Assembly (NCBI GenBank): GCA_964016885.1
Contig: OZ024747.1
Coordinates: 19,654,001 to 19,718,000 of the forward strand
Source: Eledone cirrhosa
Taxonomy: Eukaryota
Reading direction: 5' to 3'
DNA length: 64,000 nucleotides
Shown here: positions 26,478 to 42,131 of the stretch, piece by piece
Layout: the number at the start of each line of letters is the position of its first letter
Numbering within the stretch: position 1 is the first letter of the stretch
Translations under genes and position numbers: made by a program
Notes under the pieces: generated by a model
What the model saw: the letters and a program-made list of their open reading frames with translations, nothing else
Told to the model about the DNA's origin: nothing
Databases searched by the model: none

Positions 26478-27234
26478 GCCAGAAATAATAACAGAACACA
26501 CTCACTGTTTGTTTCGGCACACGATTTCATATAAAAAACCTCGCAAAACAAATATATATATATATTCGATTCTCGCTAATTTTTACTTGTATTAATCTCC
26601 AGAGTCTAGCTATTGGCCAGTTAATTTTATTGACTGGTTTTGGTCTACTCTATTGACTGCCGAAGAGCTTTGTTATATTTAACCACTCTGTCGAGAGCTT
26701 CATTCGATTTGTGATATTTTGCATTTTCGCAATATTATACACAAAAGAATTCAATCGCCTAATAGAGGTGTTGCCTCCCTTGCTGAACCCCACGTGGGGT
26801 CAGTTACAGACACGTCTATGTGGTCTTTCGAACTGAATCCCGTTGACAACGCGTACTCCTAGTTCAGTCAGGATACAAGAAACTTAACATCCTTTATGTA
26901 AGTGGACAGTAAATGACTTATGGAGCCGCAGAAACCCCAACACTGGACTTTACCATCATTCCAGGGGTCCGGGTGAGTTTCAAACATTTATATTTTCATA
27001 TATTTTTATATCTGTATATCTGTTTGACCCGAAATAGGAGATCGAATCTTCGCTGTGTGGATGATTAGTTTAACCACCATCTCAGTGTGTTTGGCCTTTA
27101 ACGTAAGTTGTAAGCTCTAATTCATTTGAATTATAGAGCGCTTGCCTCACAACTCGAAAGTGTTTCTCGTTAATTCATGGGCTGAAATTCGATTCTCGCT
27201 AATTTTTACTTATATATATATATATATAATACAC

Positions 27235-27318
<84 letters not shown>

Positions 27319-30300
27319 GGGCCTGTTCCTTAATGTATACTGCAAAACTACAATATCTCGTAAAAATTGAGTGTGCTGACTTTCAAAGAGAATTGTTCGT
27401 ATTATTTCGTACAACATTTGGTAATTGAAAAGTGATGTACAATTGTCTTTTTAAAGCAGAGAACTTATTTCAGTTATCCTTATATGATGTTTTTTGTAGG
27501 GTGTTGTCTTCTATTTCGACTAAATAATTTTAATAGAAAGTATGGCGGCAATTTAGTTTACTACATTTCGATGCATGTAAATCTCTACATTAATGCGTTT
27601 TTTTTATTTGATTTCCGTGTCTTCCTAACCTAAATTCTTTCAAATTTACTGTGTTCTAGTAATTGTCCTCTCTTGCGGAATAGAGAAAATGTGGGCAATA
27701 GTTCTCTATTTGTTTTAGTACCATGGTATCTGAAGACAACTATTATATCCCAATAGATTTTGTGGGTAGTTTGTAAATGCATCACCAGCCATCAATGTCG
27801 GTTTACCGATTGAGCTTATGTTAAGTAATGTTAGGGGAACAAAATAATAAATTTAATAAACGCTAGTATACCACTGGAAATGTCTGTTTCTACGTTAATA
27901 CATTTAAAATGAAAAGAAAATGTTTACTGAATATCAAAAATAATATTTAGTCGATCAGAATTAACTATTGTCAGCCAATTAGTTACACTGTTTTATAGTT
28001 TCTATCAGCATAGTAACATATTTATCTATATGAATTATTAATAATTAAAAATACCAATTTAGGCAAGAAATCAATAATACTGTATTATTTACTGAATACT
28101 AATTATGGCATTCTGTGCTTTATTATGATTGTTGTTAGTTTACGTGATGCAGTTAGTTCAGTAATTGTCTATTTTAATATGAATGTAGTTCAGTAAGAAC
28201 ATATAAAAATAATATAGTACCTACTACCAGGAAAAGAAATAATAATTATATTTATTATTGAATTATTTTGATCAAACGTAATTGAATAGAATTTTTTTTA
28301 TTCACGTTTGAATTCAAATTAATTTATTCTGCCTTATTCTGCCTTCATTTATAAATTACTTCCATAACAGCATTGTCTTAGGCCCACATAATCTCTGTTT
28401 AAGAAGGTCAATGGCCAACAATCTTATAGTTCTGACCATAATGTATATTATGTTATATATGATTATGTTATCCTATGGCCCTTTCTTTTTATGAGGTAAA
28501 GGCATGATGTGAAGGAATATTACTGTTACTTCTTGTGCATCATACGGCCGAGTAGATTGTTTCTTGTTCGTCCTCCTCGTAGGAATTATACATTGACGGG
28601 TACAGGTGACACAAAATAGTTGAGGTGTTGTTCTGAAATATCGTTTTCATTCAGAAGGACTATTATTAACTCATTTATATTTCAAAGACTCAAAAAGTTT
28701 ACATTTTAGATACAAAAAGGAAGAATAATTTCCGGGTACTATTTTGGCGACGTCCAATTAATAAGACATTCATAGATATATAAGGATGAGTTTGAAACGG
28801 TATATGACGAATTCAGTTACAGTGAAAGAGGTGAGGTAATGCATAACTTCAACTTGGCAGAGAAGCGTAGTGGTTCTGGGTTTAAATGAAGATTTGATTT
28901 CAGAACACGTCGATTTGGGAGATGAGAAGGCTTTTAATATGTGGTGATTAAATGTTGCGTGTGAACTGAAGAGAAGGGTACGAGAATGAAAAGGCGTGTT
29001 TAATATCATTGATATGTGAGGAGCAGAGTAGACAGAAGTGGTTACATGATTTTATCAATTAGCTCTTATATTTCCAAACTATATTTAAAAGAATGATAGT
29101 GTCACTGTTTACCCCATCATTATCCTGGTAAACATGGACCCTTTAAACATAATGCATATTTAAATATTACTAATGACCTACCTGTTATTTAACAAATTAA
29201 ATAATCATCACGAAAGCCCTTATTTCTTAAGTATGGTTCTCTAATCCACATAGTACGTTAAGCTTAGTCATCTGACAGAAAATCCTTTTTTAAACCGTTC
29301 CTTACTATGTTTCTAATGGAAAATCTGGGAGATTATATACGGAATAGCTTCTGCAGCTCCGCGATCCCTGACATAGTCTCATTTAACAACACATTTAACA
29401 CTGGTTCCTAACAAATTCTCGTTGATATTGTGTATTATGTACACATAATTTTAGTGCATTCTTTCCCTTGGAAATACTGATTTATAAACCTCTGAAAAAA
29501 AAAGTAATTTAATATGCTTCATCAATTTGCAGCTCCCATTAAATAAGGCAATTTGTAAAAGAATGTCTCTCCAACTACAATTATTTTGTAATACAGAGTG
29601 AGCCATTTATGTGTGTGAACCCTTAGAACCTCGTGTCCTGATTATATCTGGAGCAAATTTAATCAAACTTTAAACATGAAAGCAACTGTTTTCTGAAGTT
29701 AGGGCAAGATGCAGGTATTTCACATTTAGAATGGAGATATTTACTGGACGATTTTGCCATTGAAAAATTAGCGTGTTTTTGATTTCCATTTATGCAAAGC
29801 CCACATCTATTCGATCTCTTAAGGTTGAATTTTAATTTTTCGCGTACGCACCATTTTCCAATGCGAATGTTTGGAAATACGCGAGTACAACAGCTGTTTG
29901 AATTTGCCATCTAGAAGATCAACGTATTGTTTAGTGAGCATTGGATATGGGGAGTTTCAGATATAATAACGGCCTCATACATCCGATGTTATGTTGCCAA
30001 CGGTAATTTGGTTTGGCAAGATCAATTTCAATGAAAATGTGCAAATGCATGTTAAAAATTTGTAGCTTATCCAAGATCTTCACATTTATAGTATTTATAG
30101 TAAATTATTAAGGCCCCTCGTTAGATGACGATATTTGTTTACTCAGTGGCATGAATACGTTAGATGCGCAGTTCTACTACAACAGCTGGATCTGTATAAC
30201 CTTTCTTTGTATCTCCAGGTCTAATCTAGCCGATTATATTATAGTTAATATGCATTGCGACTGATTCTCTTTAGATATGCAAATAGATTTTTAAAATCTC

Positions 30301-30332
30301 TCTAACTTGTAGGATATCTTTATAAACGTATC

Positions 30333-30389
<57 letters not shown>

Positions 30390-30484
30390 GTAGAACACTG
30401 GAAGGTAATATCAATAGTGGTAGAGCACTCAGTCCATGGGACGAATTAGGTAGAAGTGGTTACACAATAGTTAGTTCACCATAC

Positions 30485-30522
30485 CGAGAACAATTGTTTC
30501 ACCTTAGCGGATCTTCAGCTCG
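30485..30522 (-). ncRNA. Minimal type I hammerhead
   Basis: cgag CTGAAGA tcc gctaa ggt GAAA CAATTG TT ctcg. Confidence 0.8.
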
Positions 30523-31447
30523 TAATGGACATGGCTGCCCCTCGTTATCGAGTGTGGCCATTGCACGATATACCATTATTAGTAATTATTAATTAATTTT
30601 ATCGTGCAATGCCTGTGCGTGGAGATATTTTTTAAAGTGAGGAAAGACAGCCAATCCCACTCTCTGAGCGACAGTAGCTATAACCAGAAAAGAAGAAAAG
30701 ATCAACATCATAGGTAACTAATGAGGCGCAGGTTTTATATCGGAGTTATTCCAGTTTCCTGAATTGCCTTCTCCTAGAAGAATGCCCTGACAAAAACTAG
30801 GGGTTCTTCTCTCCCAGTGGTTTAACCGCGCGAATGGTTGTCCAGGCCGACTATTTCTATGTCCCCGCGCATATACACACACATGTACCCATGTATATAC
30901 ATTTATACATATACATACATATTTACATGTGTACATACATACATATTTACACACTTTTGGAACGACATTGACTCTTATGAGTTCTTCCGCCCTTTGTCAG
31001 GTTTTGTTTTTTGTCCTGCAAGATGTCCAAAATCGCCCTCCTCACCAAGTTAACCTAAACTTGGTGAGGTTGCCGGTTTAGTCGCCGACTACCCGACCAT
31101 GCAACAGGTTGTACTGGGTTACATGTTACCAGTAACACTCAAGAGTGACCCGACATAATATATATATATATATAAAATCACTGATTTGTCGAGCAAACCT
31201 GCCAAAACCACTTCTAAATTTTTTGGGGGTGTTAGTAGGCGTCTGTCATCTTACCATCCCATTCCTACTGACTAGCCTCTGTGTCACGTGATTGATTCTT
31301 TAGAATCGGCCATATGACCAGTGGCAGTGAGAATTTTCAGTGCCTGGAATCCAGTCTTCGATAGCTGTTCCATTTACCGAATTATTATTATTTTTATATG
31401 AGTCCCCAGTGTCCGCGCATTGCCTGGAGACTTGGCTGAGAATAGAT

Positions 31448-31527
31448 CTCCCTGATGACGCAATGAAATTCTCAACAGTTCATTACGTAACTGTCTTTAT
31501 CCCATTGCAGAAACTAATTAGTTGGAG
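31448..31527 (+). ncRNA. Type I hammerhead with extended loop II in a TA-flanked element (about 31175-31595)
   Basis: ctcc CTGATGA cgcaatg ...37 nt... cattgca GAAA CTAATTAG TT ggag. Confidence 0.8.
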
Positions 31528-31588
31528 TGAATATTTAAGTAAGTAAGTTAATTTTTTAAAATTTTTTTAAAAATTTTCTTATTTTACG

Positions 31589-31638
<50 letters not shown>

Positions 31639-32603
31639 TATGTCGGGTCATATATATATATATGTATAAACAACTAAAGTATCATATTCCACCACCGGTC
31701 CGAACAATCTTCCTAGAAATATATTCAAATATGTTCTTAAACCGTATTTGTAATAAATGTTTTCACTGATATCTGGTGTTATGTCCGTATTTGATATTTA
31801 CTTCCAACATACGCAATATCTAAGGTCGTATTCATATCACTGTTTTAATAAACATATTTTCGGATCTGAATAAATGGCAGGAAAAATACTTTGTGACTAT
31901 TATTCAGGTTTTCGTTATCTCGTATCGTGCGCCAACATTTATATACTTTCCGACTCACAAACACAGGCAAATATACATCCACACACACACACACTTTCTT
32001 CATATCTATGTTAATATATCGTTTAGACATTTCCAAATATAATATTTGCTTTGACTGGATTATAGAATATTTTTACACAGAAATATTCAAAACTGTGTTT
32101 TGTAATAAATTGTCAATGGTAAATTAGTTATCAATTCGGCAGCAGTACGCTAACTAAATTGGTTACAGATTGGAAAATAAAAAAAATTAAATACTTGAAT
32201 ACGGAAATGGATTTTGCTTTGTTATTTTCTTTTCTATATGTTCACAGATGCATCAGAAATAAGACAAAATGTATGTGCATCGAAATCAATAACCACTTAC
32301 TGTTGTAGCGTAGTTGTTACATTATTGGAAACCTTGTTGGTGTATTAGTTTCTCTCTGCCTGATAATCTATTTTGATATAATTGCTCTTTGAAACTTTCT
32401 ACATATTCTGGCACAAACCAATTTGTAAATGTCAACATATATATGTATGTAAGTATTGACCCGTAATTCTTGATGGAGTCGTAAGGGTGACGTAGTGGCA
32501 TATGACAGAACATCTTCGCAGTCATATTAAACCTGGTGGAGTCCAAGCTCCTCCAGGTTTTAACAGTCGATTTCTTCCATAGAAAGAAAGAGTGTGTGTG
32601 TGA

Positions 32604-32687
<84 letters not shown>

Positions 32688-32950
32688 AGAGGGTGGGTGG
32701 GTGAGAAAGATATACTGATTCGAAATTGAGTGGCGTATTGGATTGGACTGGTATTTCTTTTTAAGGAACTCGAAAGTAGCACAGTCAAAGTTACCCTCGG
32801 GTGAATTTGAACTCAGTACGCAGTGAGCCGGATTGAATTCTGCAAAACAGTCACTCCGACATTCTAATGACTCTGATACGGTGCTGGTTCTACATCTATT
32901 TGGTGTTAGTGTATGTTAGTAGTTATTTTGAAATTGTTTCTTTATGCGTA

Positions 32951-33120
32951 CCGTATTTCCCGGTGCCACAGACGCTTCGTCCTCGAGGACGTACCTTAAT
33001 TTTGACAACCAAAATTTTGAAAAAAAAAAAAAATAAACAACGTTCGGCCTCCAGGACGCATGGTAGGTTTTTGACACTTATTTTAGGAAAGAAATAGCAT
33101 TTTGACGCCGGGAAATTACT
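32951..33120. mobile_element. Degenerate pogo/Tc2-type MITE
   Basis: TA-CCGTATTTCCCGG ... CCGGGAAAT terminal inverted repeat. Confidence 0.6.
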
Positions 33121-35277
33121 TTACATTTGTTTTTCACGATCCAAATGATCCATAGATCAGTAACGCAGGAAAATAAAACATTTTTTGATATACTGTCCTT
33201 ATATGTATATACAGACAGAAGAATAATTTAATATTGTTGATACTAAGAAAGAAACGACTCGAAGTTCTTATAGCATGTTATTTTAGAAAAAAATGATGTG
33301 TTGTACAAGGATTAAATTATTGAAAATGTTTGCTGAATATGACAAATAATCGTATTGTAAATGGAGATAGAAAATAAAAGTACTTAATTATAAGATCAGT
33401 GAATTCCCCTCCAGTACTAAATGACTTGCCCTTAGATATGCTTACAGGAATAGTGGAAAGACCCAAGGATTATTTCCTAAAATTGTATAGCTAGTTAGTA
33501 TAACTTAATAGTGATTCACTTTGTGTTTGTGAGTTATTTACAACGGGTCCTTATATTTTTATTATCTTGTAAAACGTTTGTAGCATTGAATACGTATTTA
33601 TTTTATGCGTCTATAGTGTTTTGTTCTGTTTCTACTTTCATTTGATATACAGTTATTTTATGATACAAACTGATTGAGATTTACCGCGTTTATTTCACCA
33701 TTCAACCAACGATCAAAGTTCACGTATATATGTCTGGTTTATTTTCCATCCCTACTATATATATTCGCGTTAAAATTGTTTCACAAATTGACTGAGAATT
33801 GTTTGTGTTCTTATTTGTGAATTTTCACTCAGTTTCTGACATACTAAATTTTCATTCAGTTTCTGACATACAGTTAGATACATAACGTTATTGAGTCTGG
33901 AGGCCGATAATAAGTATTTCCCATGTAAAAGAATCAGTTTAAAATATTATACCGACCTGTAATATGTATAGTGCTGTTATAATTAAAGACATAATATTGA
34001 GGGAAGCGATCTTGATAATTACTTGCAAAATCGTACGTAATATGTTAGAACTTATATATAGTATGTTTGTAAACAGGGTTATTATGTTGGAAATGTTTAT
34101 TATTATTAACAGTAATTGAGTCCCTAGTGTTGATTTGGAAAGAAGAAAAATAAAAATGTAAAGATATCATATTCCTATTTTAGTTCCCGACAAATGACTT
34201 ATTTCCAAGAAATACTAGTCGGTTTTATTTCTTTATTTCGATAGTTTGTTTGTCATATACGGAATAACAAAATATACTGGCACAAATAAGTAAATACAAA
34301 AATAAATGTGTAAAATATAAGTAAATATACAAAATAAATATATAGGAAATGAAAACAAGACTTTTCCATTATCGTTAAATTTGCAAAGAACTCAAAAGAA
34401 ATATAAAATCTCTTATCAAATTTAAATATAAATTTATCTTCTTGCTGCGCAACACCATTATTCTTCGGTTCAAGAATGTTTCCTTCTGTCTGAATATTTG
34501 AATATTCTGTATTTCCTTAGATATCCATTCCAAACTGAATTTCCTGTTATCTATGCGCTTTCCTCTACTTCTTACAACACTGGTTGTTTTTTGTATTAGA
34601 TTTTGAGTGTTTGCTTACTAAATTTACTGGATGATTTTATTAGAATTCTTTTTATTTCAGGAAATGTGCGATATTTATTCTATATTTTGGGTCAGTTTCT
34701 CATAGTTTATATACTTGTTTAATTATTAGTTCTCCTCCTAATGGTGACACAGTCGGGGAGACCTAAAATATATGTCTTGCTTTCATATAATGATTATACT
34801 CTAGGTTCTAATCCCACATACATCCGATAAATCAGTATTAGGAATTAAATTGAACTTCAATCGGCTTGAGATTATACCTGCAAACGTGTAGCACTGAACA
34901 TCATTTAAAGGAGAGCGGTTGTTGACCTGATCCATAAGGAGCAGAACAATAGAGTTATGTGCATGGTGCTTCCCTTTATGCTCTAATATCAATCACTATC
35001 TGACTCATATTTCCTTTATATTCTTTGTTTTCATTCATTCGGTGATTGAAGGCAGATTGAAAGTGCATATGCAATTAACAGATAATTCCAATTTCTGTGA
35101 TAATATCGAAGCAAGACAGAAAATAAAATACCCCATGCGTGCGAAGGATTGTTTACCAGATACCCAAATGCTCTCTCAGAATCCATTTAAGAGGAAATTA
35201 AGCTATTTAACATAATACGTACAACAAATTCTAGTAAATATATAGGGCCACGCTAACTAAACATACATTGAATGTCA

Positions 35278-35475
35278 ATGATATTTTCCCTAAGGTGAGT
35301 ATTACATTAAAAAATATATATTTTGTACATTACATCTGAAGTTATCATCCGCTGAGAGATCTTTCAGAAAAAAACGCACCAAGGGCTTTTTCAGATGAAA
35401 AATGACACAAGGAAAACTGAATGATCTGACCTTCCTTAGTATTGAGAGCAACGTTACAGTGATAATTGACTATAT
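35278..35475 (+). pseudogene. hAT transposase C-terminal dimerisation-domain relic
   Basis: DIFPKVSI...SSAERSFRK...KMTQGKLNDLTFLSIES resembles SAERSFS.L...STM.QERLN.LA.LSIE. Confidence 0.75.
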
Positions 35476-36659
35476 AAAGAGTTTCAGCTTCTCGAGTTTT
35501 GGTTGAGTGTGTTATTGGTGTATCAATATCGGGTGTCGATTATAGAAGAGAATGTGTTTTGTTATTTGATTGGGCGTTAAACATGTACAGTAAATGTGTA
35601 TTTTATGTGGAAATTGTACTGGTTTATGACTTAGGCTGTTCCTAGCAAAGCTAATTTTTTAACATTGTGTACTATTGAGACTTCTTGTGAATTGTATATT
35701 TCTGTACATATTTGTATCATATCAAATGGTAATGTTACTATCGATGATGTAGATACCTTCATGCTTCACATCTGTTTATTTTCATTTTGAGATGCTTGTA
35801 TTTTAACAGCGTTTCCATTTACTTTGGGTAGCACATAGATGAGGTGGAATTGATGTTTCTAACTGTGCATATTTTTCCCCTTTCAATTTGTCCTCTATTA
35901 TGAGCACTGAATGACTTGCATTGATCACCTTATTACTTTGGATACATTTTGAAAGGTTTCATTAAAAAATCTCAAAAAAAAAACCTTCATCACAAATGTT
36001 ATACCACCAAAAAAAAAAAAAAATTCCCAAATATTTTACCAAATATTTAAAGCATTTTCTATAAATTTTACTAAATATTTTCAAAAAATTTCACCGAAAA
36101 TTCTCCCAAAGATTTAATCAAAAATTTCATTTAAAATGTCATCAGCATGTGTCCCCAATATATAATTGGAAATCATCCAAAATATTTCAAAAACATTTTC
36201 CTGCAAATTCCATGAATAATTTTCCCAAATATTCCATATAAAATATTCCCAAAATCCGATAAAATATTTCCCAAAAATTGTCTGATATAATTTCATAAAA
36301 TATTTAATCTAAAATTTTCGGAAAGATTTCCGGGAGAATTTCAACTTCAGTGTTGTCAGAAATATTCACAAATTGTATTGGAACCTTTAAATAAAACTTC
36401 AATATTTCTCCCACCCCCTAAAAAAAACCCCCAAAACTTATTTTATCAGAATTTGCCTTACGAATTTCGTTGATTTTTTTCTATATTTACAATTATTGCT
36501 TACTAATAATATTCACACGAATGGAAGTACACTTTTAGAGTGTAATACTGAGACAACGCTAATGATTCAGCCACTGGAATAGAACAATTTTCCTCTATTT
36601 TAAAGCTATTTTATAAATATGAAAGTCAAATTTTACTTTCGATTTGAGGCGCTAAACAT

Positions 36660-37627
36660 ATTGGTTTCTTATATAGGCACAAGACCAACAATTTTGGGTG
36701 AGGGAAAAGTCGATCTAATCGACCCCAGTGCGTGACTGGTACTTTATTTTATCGACGCCGTAAGGATGGAAGGTAAAGTTAACCTCGGCGGGATTTGAAC
36801 TCAGATCATAAAGGGCCGTCACTCTATGCTGCAAAGTATGGTGTCCGACCATCTACCGATACTTCCAATCTACCGCCCTTGAGGTGGTAAACATATCAGT
36901 ATGTGTCAGCTCAAGCAGGATGTTTTAAAATAGTAAGTTCGATTTTATAAGATGATAGTATTAATTATCAAAGACCAATTTTGTATTTGTTCTTTCAATT
37001 GTAAAATTGTCGTATGTCGTACGAATATTAAAAAGAAAATCGGGTCTATCTCCTTAATTGGGTGACTACAGTGTTTCCCGGAATTAGTTTGTTGGCGATT
37101 CTAAGAACTTTCAATTTCATACTAGCAGAGGAAGACCTAGTCTACTTCATGTATAGTCATAGTCGTTTGCCCACACCTCTATTTCCATGTCACATTTCCT
37201 CGCAACTTTGGTGAGAAAACCTGCAGATTTGCCATCGAATCTCTTATATAATATTTCAGATATCTGCCGATATGTCTAGTCGAATTATTTTGCATTCTGC
37301 ATTTATTAAGCATGGTGTGTGACGCTCTACTGATTATTGCCAATCCATATCATAATGGTTTCTTATATAGGCACAAGGCTAGCAATTTTTTGGGGGAGGG
37401 GAAAGTCGATTAAACCGACCCCAGTGCGTGACTGGTACTTTATTATATCGAACCCATAAGGATGAAAGGCAAAGTTAACTTCGGCGGGAGGTTACTAATA
37501 ATTGTTTATACTTTTGGCACAAGGCCAGCAATTACCCAGTGTATTACTGGTACTTTATTTTATTGACCCCGTAAGGATGAAAGGCAAAGTTAACCTCAGC
37601 GGGATTAGAACTTAGAACATAAAGGGA
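36660..37627 (-). mobile_element. SINE copies and fragments (36660-36880, about 37270-37345, 37353-37489, 37498-37627)
   Basis: Match the SINE consensus; two carry the longer GGGAAAAGTCGAT..CGACCCCAGT subfamily segment. Confidence 0.85.
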
Positions 37628-38431
37628 GGTTACTAATAATGTTCACATATGCGACAATGATATTATGCTGTTATATATATGATACGAGTTGGTCAGCAGG
37701 TAAGTAGTGAATGAACTCCGACTATTTCTCATCTAGATGTTGATGATGATCAAAATAAAAGTGATGCTGCTGATAACGGCGATAACAACGACCATCGACG
37801 ACCACCAGCGACGACGACGATGATGATGGTTGATGATGATAACGATGATGATGATATTAACAAACGAATGAAATCAGACAAGTTAACAAGCATTTCTGTG
37901 TGAAAGTTGATAGCTGTGATCTTCGTGATGATGATACTGGTAAAGTTTGCTAGAATGTCTCTTCTTTTAAGTAACAAATTATGACGTGCTGCTCTTAAAA
38001 TTAATGACTGAAAATATCGAACTATTGATGCAAGTTAAAAATAAGCTATGAAAATGTTTTTACTTTTCTTTGTTCTTTGACGAGGTTTATAGGAGGGTAT
38101 GGATGATATTTGGCGTTAAAGAAAATGATATATTACTTTCGAAAATTGTTTATAGAGTGATATGAAGTTTGAGAGTGGGAGGGAAATGTAATAAAACGTT
38201 TGCCACCCATAAATTGAGTAGTATGATGAGTAAGTTGTACACAAACTTTATTATGTAAGATAATTCTGCTTACTTTGGCTCACCTAGTCTCTTCAAGGCT
38301 TTTTCATGAAGCTTTGCAGTATGACACTTTGTTCTGTTTCAGGAACATACTTTATTAGTAATAAAGATTATCCTTCCCTTTTACACACATTTAACCGTGT
38401 TACAGTATGTAAACACACACACACACACACA

Positions 38432-38485
<54 letters not shown>

Positions 38486-38499
38486 TGTTTCCATTGGTC

Positions 38500-38660
38500 T
38501 TTCCAATTGCTAATACTATCTATCGGTCGCAACTCCAGGTAGAAGGAGCAATGTGAAATAAAGTGTCTTGCTCAAGGACATAACGCATCAACCGGTCCAG
38601 GAATCGAACTCACAACCTCACGATTGCGAATCCTATTCTCTAACCACTCAGTCACACGCC

Positions 38661-38663
<3 letters not shown>
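38500..38663 (-). mobile_element. CORE-type tRNA-derived SINE fragment
   Basis: AAGTGTCTTGCTCAAGGACA followed by GGAATCGAACTC and CTAACCACT (reverse-complemented tRNA head). Confidence 0.75.
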
Positions 38664-38759
<96 letters not shown>

Positions 38760-39668
38760 TCACACACACGAACACGCACACACATACACACACATTTAAT
38801 TTTCTACAGTTAAAGCTACAACGTTGGGTCTGAATCATTTGCTCAAGTAATTGCTTTAAATTATGCTTCACTAGCAATTTAATTGTATTGATATCCAATA
38901 TAACATTTAGAACAGCGGAAAATTTATCAAGATTTTCATTGGCTTCCCTGTGTATTTCGAGGTAACATATATATGTTAGAAACAAATTTGCTTTCATGTT
39001 ACGCATAAGAAATAATTGTAATAAAATATCCCACAAATCAGATCTCACTGTCTCAATAAAGGAAAATAGGGAATGATAAAGAATGTAATCAATGATAACC
39101 AACTACTAAAGAAAATAGATGATGGGTACTGAGAGACAATGTTTAGGCATTGCGTTTCCGTTAAGGTCTGGTCTGATGTTTAAGTACACGCTCAGCATAT
39201 CTTCTTAAGGCAACAAATAAACAAACAGTTCCAGAGAAGTTGGAACATCTATACAGTCGCATAACTATCTGATCTTTACATAGTAAGCTACATTTTCCAT
39301 CTTAAAAATAGAAAGAATGCCACGGATAAATTGCTCCAGGAAATTTCCCGTTGAAAGATGGATGACCCTGACTGAGGAACCGGGAAAAACCTGTAAATCG
39401 AGACATAAATCAACACTGAAACTGGAAGCTCACTGCAAAACAGTTTCATCACATATCAAAGTTACTTGATGTAGACTGACATCTCTAACAATTTAAGATT
39501 TATTTCTCTTCACTCTAACTTTATATAATTTGGAATAATAACTGCTCAGCGGAGTGCTATGTTCTATGTAAATATATGCGAATATTAATACTTGGTGAGA
39601 CATAATCTATGATCATTTGGAAGACGGAAAAAAAAATTAATTGATGTGACATGCAGATAGCAACAACG

Positions 39669-39784
<116 letters not shown>

Positions 39785-39873
39785 GAGACAGACAGATAGA
39801 AAGAGAGTGAAAAAAATCAATAGAGTGAGGTATTGGGGAGACAGATAAAGATACGGCTACACACTGATATACA

Positions 39874-39912
<39 letters not shown>

Positions 39913-41551
39913 GTTAATATACATATATACATATGCATGCGTCCGGACGTGTTGGTTTATGTGTGCATGTAGGTATGCGTATTAGTGTACGGTGTGGGAA
40001 AATAAAGAAATGTACATTATAGACAGAACAATCTATGGACAAGTAGGGAATCTTTGAGAGAGCACAAGGAAGAGAAATGTTGAAAGAGATGAATGAATTA
40101 TGAGATGAAAGACGTTGATTCGTTTATAGAGGAAAAATAGATATCCTAACTGGTGAATGATGTTCATAATAGTGTTAGAAAGAGAAATATGAAACATTAA
40201 ATATGTTAAAGTAAATAAGTTGGAGCCCATTTATTTTATATGTTTGGATGAAAGAATATAAAAAAAACAACAAATTATTTGTTTATTATCTGGAACGGTT
40301 TTTTATTACAAATATATAACAATATATTGAATCAGGTTAAAGGTTAATGAGCATGGTTTTGATTGGTTAGATTTAAGTAAAAGGAAACCCTTTGAACATT
40401 AAGAAGTGATTTTACTTTAGGACTTCCTACTTCATGACTTTGCTTAAATCAAAAGTCGTTTGAAGAATATCGGTATTGCGATACTTATCTTTGGTTCACA
40501 GGCTTAATATTTCAAAATAAATCTATTGTTATTTAGTGATAGTTTATTGTTGATTTGGTTGTATTTTTGTTATATTTTGTTGTTGTTCTGTAAATTGTAT
40601 TTGTATTAAAGATTATGGACGTTACTTTATGTCTACCGTTTTTTTTTTAGTTTTCAATTAATTAGTTGCTTTTTCTTTGAATAAATAAAAGGTATATTCG
40701 AGTAGGAAAAACACTTTATACAAATATATTCTATAGACTATTATAGATTATTATAGACTATTAATATCGTATTATTTTAAATATAAAACAATGAAACCAC
40801 CGCAGTGGTGGTCCATAAATCCGTAGAGTTCTAAAATGTCTTGCAGTCATTACAGTTTGTATATTTTTACTAACACATTTTTCATCAATTGAATTAAAAA
40901 GAAACTTACTGAAAGTAATTTATTGGAATATAGACAGCACTTATCGGAAAAAAGCATACAGTCAATCTTATATATTTTCAATGTTGTGATATTTTACTCG
41001 ACTCCCTCAAATATATATGTATAATGATCGACTTTTTTTTCAGTCATCAGTTATGCTGGAACTACAGTTCAAATTTCAAATTTTCTCAATATTTCTTTAA
41101 GAACTGGATGTACATATAAATATAAGTGAATAAATATATTAATAAAACAATGGAATCAAACCATTACGTCTGTAACATAACAAATATACCATAAACACAT
41201 ACCCGGACATATAATATATATGAGAGACTAAGACTGCATAAATGAGTATCCATATATACACTGATTATACAAACAAATCTAAACATGGTCACTTTACATA
41301 TTACCTTTAGTTTGAAAAAAGATGAATATATTATACAATATAGATTTAGTGTTAAAAGCTTGCAGCAATTTGAGAAAAACGGCATAAACCGATAAAAGGA
41401 ATATATATTTTTATATAATAGTATTCAATTTTACAAAGAAAAGACGGATATGTGAAAAGTAAACAATTGTGTACAGAAGCTGTTGTACAAAATTGTTTAC
41501 TTTTATATATATATATATATAAAATCAAAAGATGGTTAAAAGAGTTCCATG

Positions 41552-41622
41552 TATTTTATTATGCGCATTTCAAATACAAATATCATCATGGGATGATATT
41601 TGTGTTCTCATCAGATAAAATA
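41552..41622 (-). ncRNA. Apparently intact type I hammerhead
   Basis: tattttat CTGATGA gaacacaaatatcatc ccat gatgatatttgtattt GAAA TGCGCA TA ataaaata. Confidence 0.9.
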
Positions 41623-41705
41623 GGGGGACATGATATGAAGCTTAAATATCACTTGCGAACAGTAAAGTGTTAAACCAACATTTTAAGCGTCATATCATGT
41701 CTCCC

Positions 41706-41776
41706 TATTTTATCTGACGAGAACGCAAATATCATCCCATGATGATATTTGTTTTTGAAATGCGCATAATAAAATA
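41706..41776 (+). ncRNA. Apparently intact type I hammerhead
   Basis: tattttat CTGACGA gaacgcaaatatcatc ccat gatgatatttgttttt GAAA TGCGCA TA ataaaata. Confidence 0.9.
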
Positions 41777-41896
41777 CATGGAACTCTTTTAACCATCTTT
41801 TGATTTTATATTATTTATACTCCAGTCCTATAAACTGTTGAGTGCTACTTATCCGATATTTGCATTGCTTTATTGTGCTACAATAAAACTCACCTC

Positions 41897-42039
<143 letters not shown>

Positions 42040-42097
42040 TGTGTGTTTGTGAGTTTATGTGCGTGTGTGTTTATGCACGCAGCCCCAGCCTCCTTTC

Positions 42098-42131
<34 letters not shown>

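Larger units (their letters stand above)
41518..41810. repeat. Palindromic element of about 290 bp, with one hammerhead on each arm
   Basis: Arms of about 128 bp, spacer about 35 bp; abuts (TA)n. Confidence 0.9.

Noticed and set aside
28770-29010. Plus-strand stretch IYKDEFETVYDEFSY followed by gtgagg
   Set aside because: Weak acceptor; at best a very decayed LINE RT trace, so neither reading is supportable
39270-39390. Minus-strand acceptor followed by a 41-codon open frame
   Set aside because: No recognisable motif or good donor; expected by chance
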